From IMG/VR virus record IMGVR_UViG_3300045837_000213, positions 1 through 64,000 of that record: DNA of 64,000 bases; one strand, 5' to 3'. Of this stretch, positions 18,817-28,024 are shown in pieces (positions within the stretch are counted from its first letter, which is position 1; each line of letters begins with the position of its first letter). The notes under the pieces were generated by a model that was not told the origin of the DNA, searched no databases, and saw only the letters and a list, made by a program, of their open reading frames with translations. The stretch is from a virus. Taxonomy: Duplodnaviria > Caudoviricetes. A program made the position numbers and the translations under genes.

Positions 18817-19568
18817 AGGAAACGACGCTTAAAACTCTACGTCTGCATTATCAGGTGCGCGGGCGAAGGCGCGAGGAAGAGGCGCGGCAATTTCTCGCGG
18901 CGCACATCAAGCATCCGTGTGCTGTTGGCGTCTCCTGGGGCAAGGATTCCGTCGTGTGCGCGTTTCTCTGCGCTCCCCTGCTCACATCGCAAGATTGGTT
19001 GTTTCACGTCTCCGCGGGCGAATATGAGTTTCCTTCGACTAATGATGTGCGCGACCAATTCCTTGTGCGATTCCCCAACGACTGCCGGGAGTTCAAATCG
19101 GGTGATTACTTCGACACGATGCGCGCGTGTGGATTAACAGACATCACGACAACGCGGAGCGCGAAGGAAGATAAGGGGAAAAAGCACACAGCGTTCAGGC
19201 AAGCTGCTGTCGGAGCGGAGTCTCGCGTGTGGGGATTACGCGCAGAGGAAAGCTTGGGGCGTCGTAAGTATGCCAGGTCGCGCGGGCAAGCGGCATTTCA
19301 CAAGGGAGAGAATCTGCTTGTATTAAGCCCGATTATTTGGTGGTCATGGCTTGATGTGTGGTCTGTCATTATCGCCAACGAACTACCATACGTTGAAGTT
19401 TACGACAAGCACGATGAGCAGGGCGAAGGCTTGGCGCACGCGCGGTCTGGTACGTGGGCGGGTACGCTCGGCTCTGGCTTAGGGCGCATAGCTTTTCTCA
19501 AACGGTTCTACCCAGACTTGTACCAACGCTTAATAACTGAGTTCCCGATAGCGAGTAGCCAAACATGA
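18813..19568 (+). CDS. cysH: CysH-like PAPS-reductase-family protein (type IV-B accessory)
   Basis: SWGKDS PP-loop, GLRAEES, PIIWWSWLDVW motifs. Confidence 0.88.
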   Translation: MKETTLKTLRLHYQVRGRRREEEARQFLAAHIKHPCAVGVSWGKDSVVCAFLCAPLLTSQDWLFHVSAGEYEFPSTNDVRDQFLVRFPNDCREFKSGDYFDTMRACGLTDITTTRSAKEDKGKKHTAFRQAAVGAESRVWGLRAEESLGRRKYARSRGQAAFHKGENLLVLSPIIWWSWLDVWSVIIANELPYVEVYDKHDEQGEGLAHARSGTWAGTLGSGLGRIAFLKRFYPDLYQRLITEFPIASSQT

Positions 19569-20245
19569 GACACGAACCTTTGCGAATCACGGCGCGACTC
19601 CAAACGCCAGTCATCTGTGACGACAGGCTACCGCTTGACGGGGCGCTGTTTTACTTCGCCATGCGCGAGCGTTACGGCTTTGAAGTCTCAACCATCCCAT
19701 GTAACGCAATCATCGGAGACGATTCAGACAAGAGGCGACTCGTGCCCTTCAAGGTCTATTACCGGAACGTCGCGGGGCAAAACTATTGGTTCTATCAATG
19801 CAGTTTCGCTTGTTGGGTCGGCACGGTCGCAGAAGGGCGCGACTATTGGGCAAAACGTTTTGACGTGAAGCAATCGGACATCGTTGATTTTCAGGGGCGG
19901 CGCGGAAAAGTGGTTACGAAGTCAGGAAAATATAAAGGCTATCGGATGCCCGTATTCACACGGCACGCGCTCGCCGTGAGGTGGTACGCGGTCGGAGATA
20001 AGAGCGAAACCGAACGGCTCTTAAACTTTTGCACGCATCTTGGAAAGAAAGAATCGCAAGGCTACGGAGCGGTCTTAGATTGGCAAGTTGAAAGATGGCA
20101 CTCAGATTGGAGTGTAGAAAGCCCGCGCGGTTTAATGCGCGCCGTGCCAAGCGAACAGGGGTTGCTGGCAGGCTTTCGCCCTTCGTACTGGTCGCCAGAG
20201 AATCAAGCCGTGTGCGCTCTGCCAGTGTCTTTTGCAGATGTCTAA
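19565..20245 (+). CDS. csf3: Type IV Cas5 Csf3
   Basis: PLRITARL, LDGAL, LGKKESQGYGAV G-loop, RPSYW. Confidence 0.88.
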   Translation: MRHEPLRITARLQTPVICDDRLPLDGALFYFAMRERYGFEVSTIPCNAIIGDDSDKRRLVPFKVYYRNVAGQNYWFYQCSFACWVGTVAEGRDYWAKRFDVKQSDIVDFQGRRGKVVTKSGKYKGYRMPVFTRHALAVRWYAVGDKSETERLLNFCTHLGKKESQGYGAVLDWQVERWHSDWSVESPRGLMRAVPSEQGLLAGFRPSYWSPENQAVCALPVSFADV

Positions 20246-20331
20246 GAGGAACAAGGCAAGTGGAGAAAACAGTAAAAGAATCCCCGCCGCTTTCAAGGCG
20301 GGGAGCGTTCAATCGAACGCGGGGGGCGCGG

Positions 20332-20694
20332 ATGCCGGTCGCTGAATACGAAGGTAAGGAAGCCTGGCACCAGGCCGTGATGTGGCACGGCGTCTCGATG
20401 CTGCCGCGCCTCAGGCGGCTGAGCGACGAAGAACGCCTCATCGTCATGCGAGCCGCCGGCGAGCACAACTGCTCAGAGCCGCTCTGGCTCTTCGCCGGGA
20501 AGCGCCGCTTTTCGATCCCGCTCTGGAGCGACAAGCCACTCTCCGGGGCGGAGGTCGCGGCGCTGATGGTCTTCGGCCTGTGGGTTCAGTGCGGCGAGGA
20601 CGAGGGGATGGCCGGCCAGCTCGTGGGGGATTGGCCGGAGATCAGGACGGCGGTTTTCCTGGTCGGGCTGGAGGAGAAAGAGGCCCTTCGATGA
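20332..20694 (+). CDS. Hypothetical protein
   Basis: GC-rich ORF resuming after the island. Confidence 0.5.
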   Translation: MPVAEYEGKEAWHQAVMWHGVSMLPRLRRLSDEERLIVMRAAGEHNCSEPLWLFAGKRRFSIPLWSDKPLSGAEVAALMVFGLWVQCGEDEGMAGQLVGDWPEIRTAVFLVGLEEKEALR

Positions 20695-20856
20695 GGGCGT
20701 GCATTTTTCGCACGCCGCACGGCCCGGCGCGCGGGGGGCGCGGGGCCGATTCCGCGCCGCGTTTACGCGGGCTTCTTTGATTTTCCGGCGGCGGCAGGAT
20801 CGGTCACGAGAATACGTTTTTCCGGGAATGATTTACGTGTTTAACGGAGGCGTCTG

Positions 20857-21051
20857 ATGGCAACCGAGATTCGCTGCTTCGAATGCGGGGAGACGGGGCA
20901 CGGGGCCGCCGACTGCCCCCGGCTGAAAGAGGAGCGTGAAGCCGAGTGGCGGGCGCTCCTCAAGCCGGTCGTCATGAAAATGCACACCCGCGGCTATCAG
21001 AGGCTGACCGTCGAGAAGGACGGCGGCACCGTCGAGCTGTTCGTCGAGTGA
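20857..21051 (+). CDS. Small CCHC zinc-knuckle protein
   Basis: CFECGETGHGAADC; GGAGG RBS. Confidence 0.7.
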   Translation: MATEIRCFECGETGHGAADCPRLKEEREAEWRALLKPVVMKMHTRGYQRLTVEKDGGTVELFVE

Positions 21052-21064
21052 GTGGGGGTTCGGG

Positions 21065-21853
21065 GTGGAAAAGGTCGTCGAAAAAATCAGGAACCTCCAG
21101 GCGCACGCCAGAAGCGCCCGCGGCTTCGGCTCGGATCTCGAGGCCGACGCCTTCGAAGAGCGTGCCCGCCGCCTCATGTCCCGCCACGGCGTCACCCAAA
21201 CGGAGGTGGACGCCGCGGCGCCTGCGGACATCTCGGCGGTCGCCGTCGGGGCGGACGCTTACGGCTGTCGCGACCTCCGCCGACGGACGGCGTGGGCGGA
21301 GATCCTGGCCGAGGCGGTCGCGCGCGCCCACTCGTGCCGCTCGCTGGTGCGCCCGCGCTCGAACCGGCTCGTCTTCGTCGGCGCGAAAGGCGACCTCCGG
21401 CTCGCGGCCTACCGCTTCATCACCCTGGCGCGCGCGTGCTCGCGTGCCTCGGTCGAGGACGCGCGGCTGATGCGCGAGCTGTTCGAGGAGTACTGGCCGG
21501 GCGAGTGGCCGGGCGAGCGCGCCTACGCCGACTCGTACCGCACGGGTTTTAGCCGCGCCGTCCGGGAGCGTTACGAGCGGAGGGCGCGCGGGGAGTCGGA
21601 AGGGCCGAATCCTTCGGCAGTCTCCTCTCCCGGCGCGCTCGTGCGGAGCGGACGAGGGCGCGGCCTCCGGGTCGAGGCGGAACTCGGCAGGGTGGTCGCG
21701 CGCAGCGCGCGTCCGCTCAGCCTCTCGCGCCTCGACGCGCGCCCCTTCCGGCGCGGCTACTGCGCCGGGCGCGAGGCGGAATTAGAAGGTGCCGCGCTTC
21801 CGGGCGCGGCGAGTCCGCGCCTCGACGCGGGTCAACCGGTTCTTACTTTCTGA
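21065..21853 (+). CDS. DUF2786-like protein
   Basis: VEKIRNL...EADAFEERARRLMSRHG N-terminus; SYRTGF motif. Confidence 0.7.
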   Translation: MEKVVEKIRNLQAHARSARGFGSDLEADAFEERARRLMSRHGVTQTEVDAAAPADISAVAVGADAYGCRDLRRRTAWAEILAEAVARAHSCRSLVRPRSNRLVFVGAKGDLRLAAYRFITLARACSRASVEDARLMRELFEEYWPGEWPGERAYADSYRTGFSRAVRERYERRARGESEGPNPSAVSSPGALVRSGRGRGLRVEAELGRVVARSARPLSLSRLDARPFRRGYCAGREAELEGAALPGAASPRLDAGQPVLTF

Positions 21854-21865
21854 AGGAGGACGTCG

Positions 21866-22276
21866 ATGAACCAAGAGTTGAAGAAGGCGAAGCAGACCGT
21901 CAGGGCCTTCCTCGCCTTGCACTACACGGACGAGCGCCTCGCCTGGCTCCTCGCGCACGCGCGCTCAGGACTTCTGGCCTTCCACTCCTGCTGCTGTCTG
22001 ATCGGCGTGCCGACAGCCGACCACGCGCTGCGCGCCGCGGCCTCGGAGATACACCCATGCAACTCCGGCCAGCGCCACCTCTTCGGCGCGCGGAAATTGG
22101 AGCTGGCCCGCGAGGCCGAAGACGCCTTCGAGCTGCTCGGCCTGGTCGGACTTAGGTCTTCGAGAGTGGGCGACGCGGCGCGCCGCCGCCGGGTCATCCC
22201 CGTCATCCTCGCCGAGATGAGGAGGCGTGCGAGGGCGCGGGCCGCCGCGCGCGGGGAGGAGGTCTCATGTCGTTAG
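21866..22276 (+). CDS. Hypothetical protein
   Basis: AGGAGG RBS; coupled to the next ORF. Confidence 0.55.
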   Translation: MNQELKKAKQTVRAFLALHYTDERLAWLLAHARSGLLAFHSCCCLIGVPTADHALRAAASEIHPCNSGQRHLFGARKLELAREAEDAFELLGLVGLRSSRVGDAARRRRVIPVILAEMRRRARARAAARGEEVSCR

Positions 22277-22473
22277 CGATCTCCGGGGCCATCGTCTGCG
22301 GCGAGTGCGGCGAATTCATCCTGCCCGGCGAGGCCGTGCTCAAAGACGGCTGCGCCTTCTGCCCGCACTGCGGCGAGCGCGTCTGCCGGCTGTGCGGCTG
22401 CACCCAGCACAACGCGTGCGGCGTGGGCTGCGCGTGGGACCCCGACGACCCGGAAGTCTGCGACGCGCACTGA
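22267..22473 (+). CDS. Cys-rich zinc-finger protein
   Basis: CRLCGCTQHNAC..GCAW...CDAH. Confidence 0.65.
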   Translation: MSLAISGAIVCGECGEFILPGEAVLKDGCAFCPHCGERVCRLCGCTQHNACGVGCAWDPDDPEVCDAH

Positions 22474-22886
22474 GGTGACGTGTGATGAAGAAGCTTTACA
22501 TCCTCTGGCGGCTCGTGGCGCAGGCCGTCGATGAGGCCACCGACTACGCTTTCGCCCTCGGCCTCGTACTCATCCTTTACCTCCTCGGCCTCGGCATGGA
22601 ATGCGCCCGCGTCGAGATGAGGAGCGGCGTCTCCGTCAGGATTCACGGGCTGGGGTGCAGTTGCGGGGGAGGCGATGACAATTTCCAGGAGTGAGCCGCT
22701 GACGTTCGAGAAGACGCTCGTCGGTGACACCGTACTCATGCTCGGGTGCGAGATGATCGTCGTCCGAAAATTCGACGCCGAAAAGCGGCCGGTGATGAAG
22801 ACGGCGGGCATCATCGAATACCTCGACCAGACGAAGTTCGAGTACGACAGCGCCCGTCCAATGCTCGTGCGAGGGAAGGGAAAGCC

Positions 22887-23144
22887 GTGAGCGAAGCCAA
22901 ACACATCGTCTTCATCGAGGACATGCCGAAAGCCCGCACCCGCACCTGGGAGGTCAGGGCCAAAGACGGAAACGTCCTTCTCGGCATGATCGGCTGGTTC
23001 GGTCGCCGGCGCGGCTACGCCTTCTTCCCTCTGCCAGAAAGGGTGTTCGAGCGGACGTGCCTGAGAGACATCGCCGACTTCATCGAGCGGCAGAACGTCG
23101 CGCACCGCGAGGCACTGAAAAGGGGCAGGGCGCTGACGACATGA
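22887..23144 (+). CDS. Hypothetical phage protein
   Basis: KTRTW-like and LGMIGWFG..R.YAFFP motifs; coupled on both sides. Confidence 0.55.
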   Translation: MSEAKHIVFIEDMPKARTRTWEVRAKDGNVLLGMIGWFGRRRGYAFFPLPERVFERTCLRDIADFIERQNVAHREALKRGRALTT

Positions 23145-24178
23145 CCGAGCGCGTCCAGGCACACCATCTCCAGCTCATCAAGCCGGCCCCCGGCCCGCTC
23201 GACCGGGGCCTCGTCGAGATCTCGCCCGCCGCGCTCTACGTCGTCTCGCTCGCGCCTTCGGCCCGGCGCGGCGCGCACACCTGCCTTCGCCGCGCCGCCC
23301 GCCTCATGGGCGCGCGCTCGACCGATGAGGTCCGCTGGGAGCAGATGCGCTTCGCCCACGTCGAGATGCTCAAGGAGCGGATGCGCGCGAAAGGTCTCTC
23401 GCCCCTCACCGTCAACGTCACGCTCTCGACCCTGCGCGGCGTGGCGCGCGAGGCCTGGCGCTTAAAGCTCATGCCGACGGAAGACTACCTGCGCCTGAAG
23501 GACGTGCGCGGCGTGCGCGGCGAGAGGTCGAGAGCGGGCCGCCGGCTCTCGGGCGACGAGCTGGAGGCGCTCATCTCGTCGTGCGAGCGCGACGCGAGGA
23601 AGATCGGCGCGCGGGACCTCTGCCTGGTGGCACTCCTCGCCGGCGCGGGACTGCGCCGCGCGGAGGCGGTCGCGCTCGACGTCGAGGACTACGACACACG
23701 CCGCCACGCCCTCCTCGTGAGGGGCAAGGGCAACAAAGAACGCACCGTCTACTTCGAGGACGGCGGTGCGCGCCGCGCGATCACGCGCTGGCTCCGGGTG
23801 CGCGGGGGCGGTGGGGGGCCGCTCCTGTGCCCCGTCGATAAGACCGGGGTAGTCCACTTCAGGCGGCTGGGCGAATCGGCCGTCTATAAGGTGCTCGTCC
23901 GGCGCGCGCGCGGGGCCGGCTTGCGCCGCTTCAGCCCGCACGACCTCCGGCGCACGTTCGCCTCCGACCTCCTCGACCTCGACGCCGACATCTCGGACGT
24001 GCAGAAGCTCCTCGGCCACGCGCGAGTGGAGACCACAGTCATCTACGACCTGCGGGGCGAGGACTCGAAGCGCGCGGCGCTACGCTTGCGGGCGCTGCCG
24101 TTCCGCGTGCGGCGCAAGCGCTACCCGAAGAAAGGGAAACGTCGCCGGCGGAAGTTCCGCCGCGGCGAATACAGGTGA
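23141..24178 (+). CDS. Second tyrosine recombinase (XerC/D-like)
   Basis: GLRRAE, GKGNKER, SPHDLRRTF, LLGH...TTVIYD. Confidence 0.92.
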   Translation: MTERVQAHHLQLIKPAPGPLDRGLVEISPAALYVVSLAPSARRGAHTCLRRAARLMGARSTDEVRWEQMRFAHVEMLKERMRAKGLSPLTVNVTLSTLRGVAREAWRLKLMPTEDYLRLKDVRGVRGERSRAGRRLSGDELEALISSCERDARKIGARDLCLVALLAGAGLRRAEAVALDVEDYDTRRHALLVRGKGNKERTVYFEDGGARRAITRWLRVRGGGGGPLLCPVDKTGVVHFRRLGESAVYKVLVRRARGAGLRRFSPHDLRRTFASDLLDLDADISDVQKLLGHARVETTVIYDLRGEDSKRAALRLRALPFRVRRKRYPKKGKRRRRKFRRGEYR

Positions 24179-24389
24179 AGGAGGTGTCCGTGACCGAAGC
24201 TGAAGCGCAAATCCTGCGAGAGTCAACCTACATCGGCGACGGGGTCTACCTGCACGTCGATACGGTCGCCGTCACGCTGCTCACGACCGACGGGGTAGAC
24301 ATCACGAACCGCGTCCATCTCGAAACGGCGACGCTCGCGCTTTTCCAACATGAGTTGGAGCGCCGCGGTTTGATCGCCAGGCAAGGCCA

Positions 24390-25223
24390 ATGAACGAGCC
24401 GCAGCGACAGGTCGTGAATCCGAGCGCGACGCCGGACGAGGCGCTGCTGTCCGCCGTGCGCGAGGAACGCCTGAAGGTGGAAGGAGAAGCGCGCGCCGCC
24501 GCCCACGAGCTGCATGTCGTCGAGGACGATTCGGGCCTCATGCTCGGCGTCGCGTGCGCGTGCCGCGCCTGGGCGCTCGACCTTCCATTAGGTGATGGCC
24601 AGGTCGCGCGCGCCGCGGCGACCGCCGACATCGTCAAGGCCCACGAGTCGCACGTCACCGAGCGGCTTGAGCAGCAGGCGCGCTTCCGGTTCGGCGACCC
24701 CGGCCTGCGCTGCCGCCCGCTCTCCGAAGTCACGCCCGAGGGCATGCGCTCCTTCGTCGGCTTCGTCTGCGGCGCGCGCGCCCAGCGCCAGCGCTGCGAG
24801 TTCTGCCACGCGCTCGATTACGTGAGGCTCTGCGACTTCCCCGTCGAGGGCATCTGTAAGAAGTGCAAGGCCGTGGGCGGGAAACGCCAGCGCGATTGCC
24901 GCTCATGCGCCGGCACCGGCCGCGCGATGTGCAACCGCCGTGTCTGCACCGACTGCGTCGCCTCGCGCCCCTGCGGGTCGGACAGCGAGGACTACTGCCC
25001 CGAGCACCGCGTGAGGGCCGGCTTCCCCCCGCTCATCTGGCGCGAGGAGTGTAAGTGGCTCGCCCGCGCGCGCGTCGGGGGCGCGTGCCTGCACCGGGGT
25101 TGCGCGGACGTGATCGAGCCCGGCCAGATGCGGGTGCTCTATTTCCCCCGACGCGGGCGCGTGATGTGCGCCTCGTGCGGCCAGGAGTACTTGAGGGTGT
25201 CGAAAGAGAGGCCGCGGAGGTAA
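24390..25223 (+). CDS. Cys-rich zinc-binding hypothetical protein
   Basis: LCDFP, CKKCK.VG, CRSCAGTG, DYCPEH. Confidence 0.6.
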   Translation: MNEPQRQVVNPSATPDEALLSAVREERLKVEGEARAAAHELHVVEDDSGLMLGVACACRAWALDLPLGDGQVARAAATADIVKAHESHVTERLEQQARFRFGDPGLRCRPLSEVTPEGMRSFVGFVCGARAQRQRCEFCHALDYVRLCDFPVEGICKKCKAVGGKRQRDCRSCAGTGRAMCNRRVCTDCVASRPCGSDSEDYCPEHRVRAGFPPLIWREECKWLARARVGGACLHRGCADVIEPGQMRVLYFPRRGRVMCASCGQEYLRVSKERPRR

Positions 25224-25253
25224 TCGCGGCGCCGGGTACCTGGAAAGGAGCGA

Positions 25254-25892
25254 ATGACTGTGGAGCTGATGAAAGCCAGAAGCATCGCCGAGACACTGGT
25301 CGCGCAGATGCGCCCCTACTGCCGGCGCATCAGCGTCGCCGGCTCAATCCGCCGCGGGTGCCCCGAGGTCGGCGACATCGAGATCGTCGCCATCCCGCGC
25401 TGGGCCGAATCGGAGGCCGCCGAAGACCCCGGCTCCCTCTTCGGGGATAAGAAGACGTTGCGCGAAAACCTCCTCCACCGCTGGGCCACCTCGCAGATGG
25501 CCGTGCGCTGGATTAAGACCGGCACGTCCGAGATCATCCCCTGGACGCCGAAGCCCGAAGGCCGTTTCTGGAAGGGCCTCGTCCGCGACTCCATCAAGCT
25601 CGACCTCTTCCTCGCCGCCCCTGACAACTGGGGCCCCGTCTTCACCATCCGCACAGGCTGCAAGGAGTTCTCCCAGGCGCTCGTCACTTACGCGAAATAC
25701 TCGACGCGCTACCGCTTCCTCGAAGGTTACCTCGTCGTCGAAGACAAGACGGTCATCCCGGCGCGCGAGGAGGGCTTCGTCTTCGACACGCTCGGCGTGG
25801 ACTGGGTCGAGCCGCCCCTGCGCACGGGGCAGCACATGGTGATGCGCGACGGCCGCCCGCAGTTCCCGCGCAAGATGGCGGCGGAGGCATGA
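25254..25892 (+). CDS. polX: Minimal family X DNA polymerase (palm and thumb only)
   Basis: VAGSIRRG...VGDIEIV, KLDLF, RTG, EEGFVFDTLG..WVEPPLR. Confidence 0.85.
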   Translation: MTVELMKARSIAETLVAQMRPYCRRISVAGSIRRGCPEVGDIEIVAIPRWAESEAAEDPGSLFGDKKTLRENLLHRWATSQMAVRWIKTGTSEIIPWTPKPEGRFWKGLVRDSIKLDLFLAAPDNWGPVFTIRTGCKEFSQALVTYAKYSTRYRFLEGYLVVEDKTVIPAREEGFVFDTLGVDWVEPPLRTGQHMVMRDGRPQFPRKMAAEA

Positions 25893-25911
25893 GGAGGGAA
25901 GAGGGCCGAAA

Positions 25912-26223
25912 ATGAAAACATCCTCCGGCACCGAAACCAAAGTCTGCGGCAGCTGCGGGCTGGAGAAGCCCGCCGGCGACTTCGAGCCCCGCCGGCGGGT
26001 CTGCAAGCCGTGCCGGCGCGGCGAGAACAACAGGAGGCACCGCGACTACATCATCCGCTACAACCTGGAGCGCTACCACAGGGGCGGCGGCATCATCCTT
26101 TGCGCCGCCAGGAAGCAATACTTATGCGCCGTCTGCCACCGGGCGATCCGGAAGGGCGAGAGGTATGAGCTCAACGCACGCGTGAGGGTCAACCGGCGCG
26201 CGCACATCGGTTGCCGGCAATGA
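25912..26223 (+). CDS. Zinc-finger hypothetical protein
   Basis: KVCGSCGLEKP..F...CKPC. Confidence 0.55.
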   Translation: MKTSSGTETKVCGSCGLEKPAGDFEPRRRVCKPCRRGENNRRHRDYIIRYNLERYHRGGGIILCAARKQYLCAVCHRAIRKGERYELNARVRVNRRAHIGCRQ

Positions 26224-26699
26224 AGAAAGCCACGTTCATCACGGTCAGCCATGCCGACTACCTCGGCACGCTCCTCGAAGACGCCTCCGCCGGCGGAGAG
26301 TCGAACTGGACGCTCTCGCGCCACGCCCGGCCCGGTGACCGCGTGCTCCTCTACCTGAAGGCGCCCGTCTCCGCGATCGTCGCCTGGGGCCGCGTCTCCT
26401 CAATCCCCATTCGGCTCGACGACCCTTCGGAGCCGTGGCACGGCCACTTCTGCGCCGACTTAGAGGCGCTGGCGATGACGCCCGCGAGGGTCACGCGCGA
26501 GAGCCTGCGCGCCGCGTTCCCCGAGTGGCGCTACTGGAAGCAGCCGCGGCAGAGCGTCCGGGTGCCCGCAGGATACGAGCCGCTCCTGCTGAAGATGGTC
26601 GAGTCGGGGAGGATGCCGTGGGAGATGCCTTGCCCGGATTGCGCGGGCGGCGACCCCGTTTGTCAGACTTGCGGCGGCGAGCCGCTGGAGGAGGATTGA
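26220..26699 (+). CDS. EVE/PUA-like domain protein
   Basis: W.....ARPGDRVLLY...IVAWGRV.S. Confidence 0.65.
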   Translation: MKKATFITVSHADYLGTLLEDASAGGESNWTLSRHARPGDRVLLYLKAPVSAIVAWGRVSSIPIRLDDPSEPWHGHFCADLEALAMTPARVTRESLRAAFPEWRYWKQPRQSVRVPAGYEPLLLKMVESGRMPWEMPCPDCAGGDPVCQTCGGEPLEED

Positions 26700-26702
26700 G
26701 GT

Positions 26703-27041
26703 ATGAGCACGGAACGAACAGTCGTGTGGTTTGACGACAGCCCCGACGCGGGCCACCCGCTTTGCGTCTGCTCCTGGTGCGGCGAACGGATCCTCGCACC
26801 TGATGGTGCCGAGGACCCGGAAGACGTCTTATACGAACTCGACGACGCGAACCCGCCAGTCCGCATCTGGAAGGGCAATCAGGAGGCGCGCTTCCACCAG
26901 GCGTGCTACGCGCCGGCGATAAAGAGCCTGGGGCTGCGGCAGGAGGTTGACCATAGCCGCGCCATGAAGGTGATGACATCGCTCGGCGAAATCGATATCG
27001 CGCCCCTGGTGCTGCTTGAGCCGGGCGAGGAACTGCCGTGA
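26703..27041 (+). CDS. Hypothetical protein
   Basis: CVCSWCG...RFHQAC; GAGG RBS. Confidence 0.55.
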   Translation: MSTERTVVWFDDSPDAGHPLCVCSWCGERILAPDGAEDPEDVLYELDDANPPVRIWKGNQEARFHQACYAPAIKSLGLRQEVDHSRAMKVMTSLGEIDIAPLVLLEPGEELP

Positions 27042-27294
27042 GTCGGGGCTTCGACCACTACTGGAGAGTGCGCGTCCGGCTTCCGGAGCGATTCGGAGCG
27101 TCGTGCAGGGTTCTCTGTTACGGGCGCATGAACAGTTGCCTCGTGGAATTCGAGGACGGTACCAGAGTGGTGACTTGCAGGTACTACGTGCGGAAGCTCG
27201 GCGGAGTGCCCATGTCGCCGGCGAAAGGTGGTGTGTCCATGTCTCCTATATGTGGCGCGAAGGATACCAAAAAGCGCGGCGGGGTGTCGAGCGC

Positions 27295-27951
27295 ATGAAG
27301 CGAAGGCGCAGGGCAGAGCGTTGGATCGAGCACGCGCTTTATGACTCGCGCTGCCTCGAATGCGAAGGAGAGGTGAAGGCCGGCCAGCCTATTCTCTATT
27401 TCGCCGGCGAAGGCGTCATGTGTGAGGGCTGTGGCGAGGGCTTTAAGAAGAGGCAGGCCGAGGCGAAGCGCCGGCACCGCGCGTCAGTCACCGCCGGCGG
27501 CGTCAGCGCGAGAGTCGTTTACGACGGTTCCGACGCCGCGCTAACGCGGGCCTTCGTCTCGGATTTGAAAAAGCGCGGCCCCGCGGGACTCATCGCGGCG
27601 CTGCTGTTCAAATGTCAGAAGTCATCCCGCCGCGCGAAGATGTACGGACATACCTCTTACCGCGGCCTCGCATATGGGCGCAAGGGTGAGTCGCTTAAGG
27701 AGCTGTGCGGCGCATTAGCAGAGCACGGCGCGGCGCTAGGCATTTCCTTCGGCTGGGGGCGCGACGAGTCGAGTTATAACTCTCATGTTCTATACATCGA
27801 GCTTCCGAACGACGGGGGCGGTGAAGCCTTACAAGTGTCGTTTCATTCGCCGGAGAGATTTTCAGGACCCGACTACGAAGGCGAATGGGACGGCAAACGA
27901 CTCAGCGAAGAGAGAATCATCAACTTCTGCCAAGGAGTGATCGCCGGATGA
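27295..27951 (+). CDS. Hypothetical phage protein
   Basis: VLYIELP...QVSFH motif; start inferred. Confidence 0.55.
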   Translation: MKRRRRAERWIEHALYDSRCLECEGEVKAGQPILYFAGEGVMCEGCGEGFKKRQAEAKRRHRASVTAGGVSARVVYDGSDAALTRAFVSDLKKRGPAGLIAALLFKCQKSSRRAKMYGHTSYRGLAYGRKGESLKELCGALAEHGAALGISFGWGRDESSYNSHVLYIELPNDGGGEALQVSFHSPERFSGPDYEGEWDGKRLSEERIINFCQGVIAG

Positions 27952-28024
27952 ACAGGGGCGTCATGTGCGAGGCTTGCGGAATTGAATATGAAGAGGCCGG
28001 CAACCCCGTGAAAGGAAAACGTGG

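Larger units (their letters stand above)
16283..20312. mobile_element. Lower-GC cargo island bounded by outward-facing IS200/IS605 right-end-like hairpins, without transposase
   Basis: Right boundary GAAT-CCCCGCC-GCTTTCAA-GGCGGGG-AGCGT-TCAA (20278-20312); left boundary on - strand GAAG-CCGCTTC-TTT-GAAGTGG-CGGAGGAT-TCAC; composition shifts at both. Confidence 0.6.

Noticed and set aside
20318-20743. 14-bp repeat CGCGGGGGGCGCGG as guide/target pair for the right-end hairpin
   Set aside because: Low-complexity GC sequence, expected by chance in this genome.
16283-20860. CRISPR array for the type IV module
   Set aside because: No 25-40-bp direct repeats with unique spacers are visible here or elsewhere in the window.
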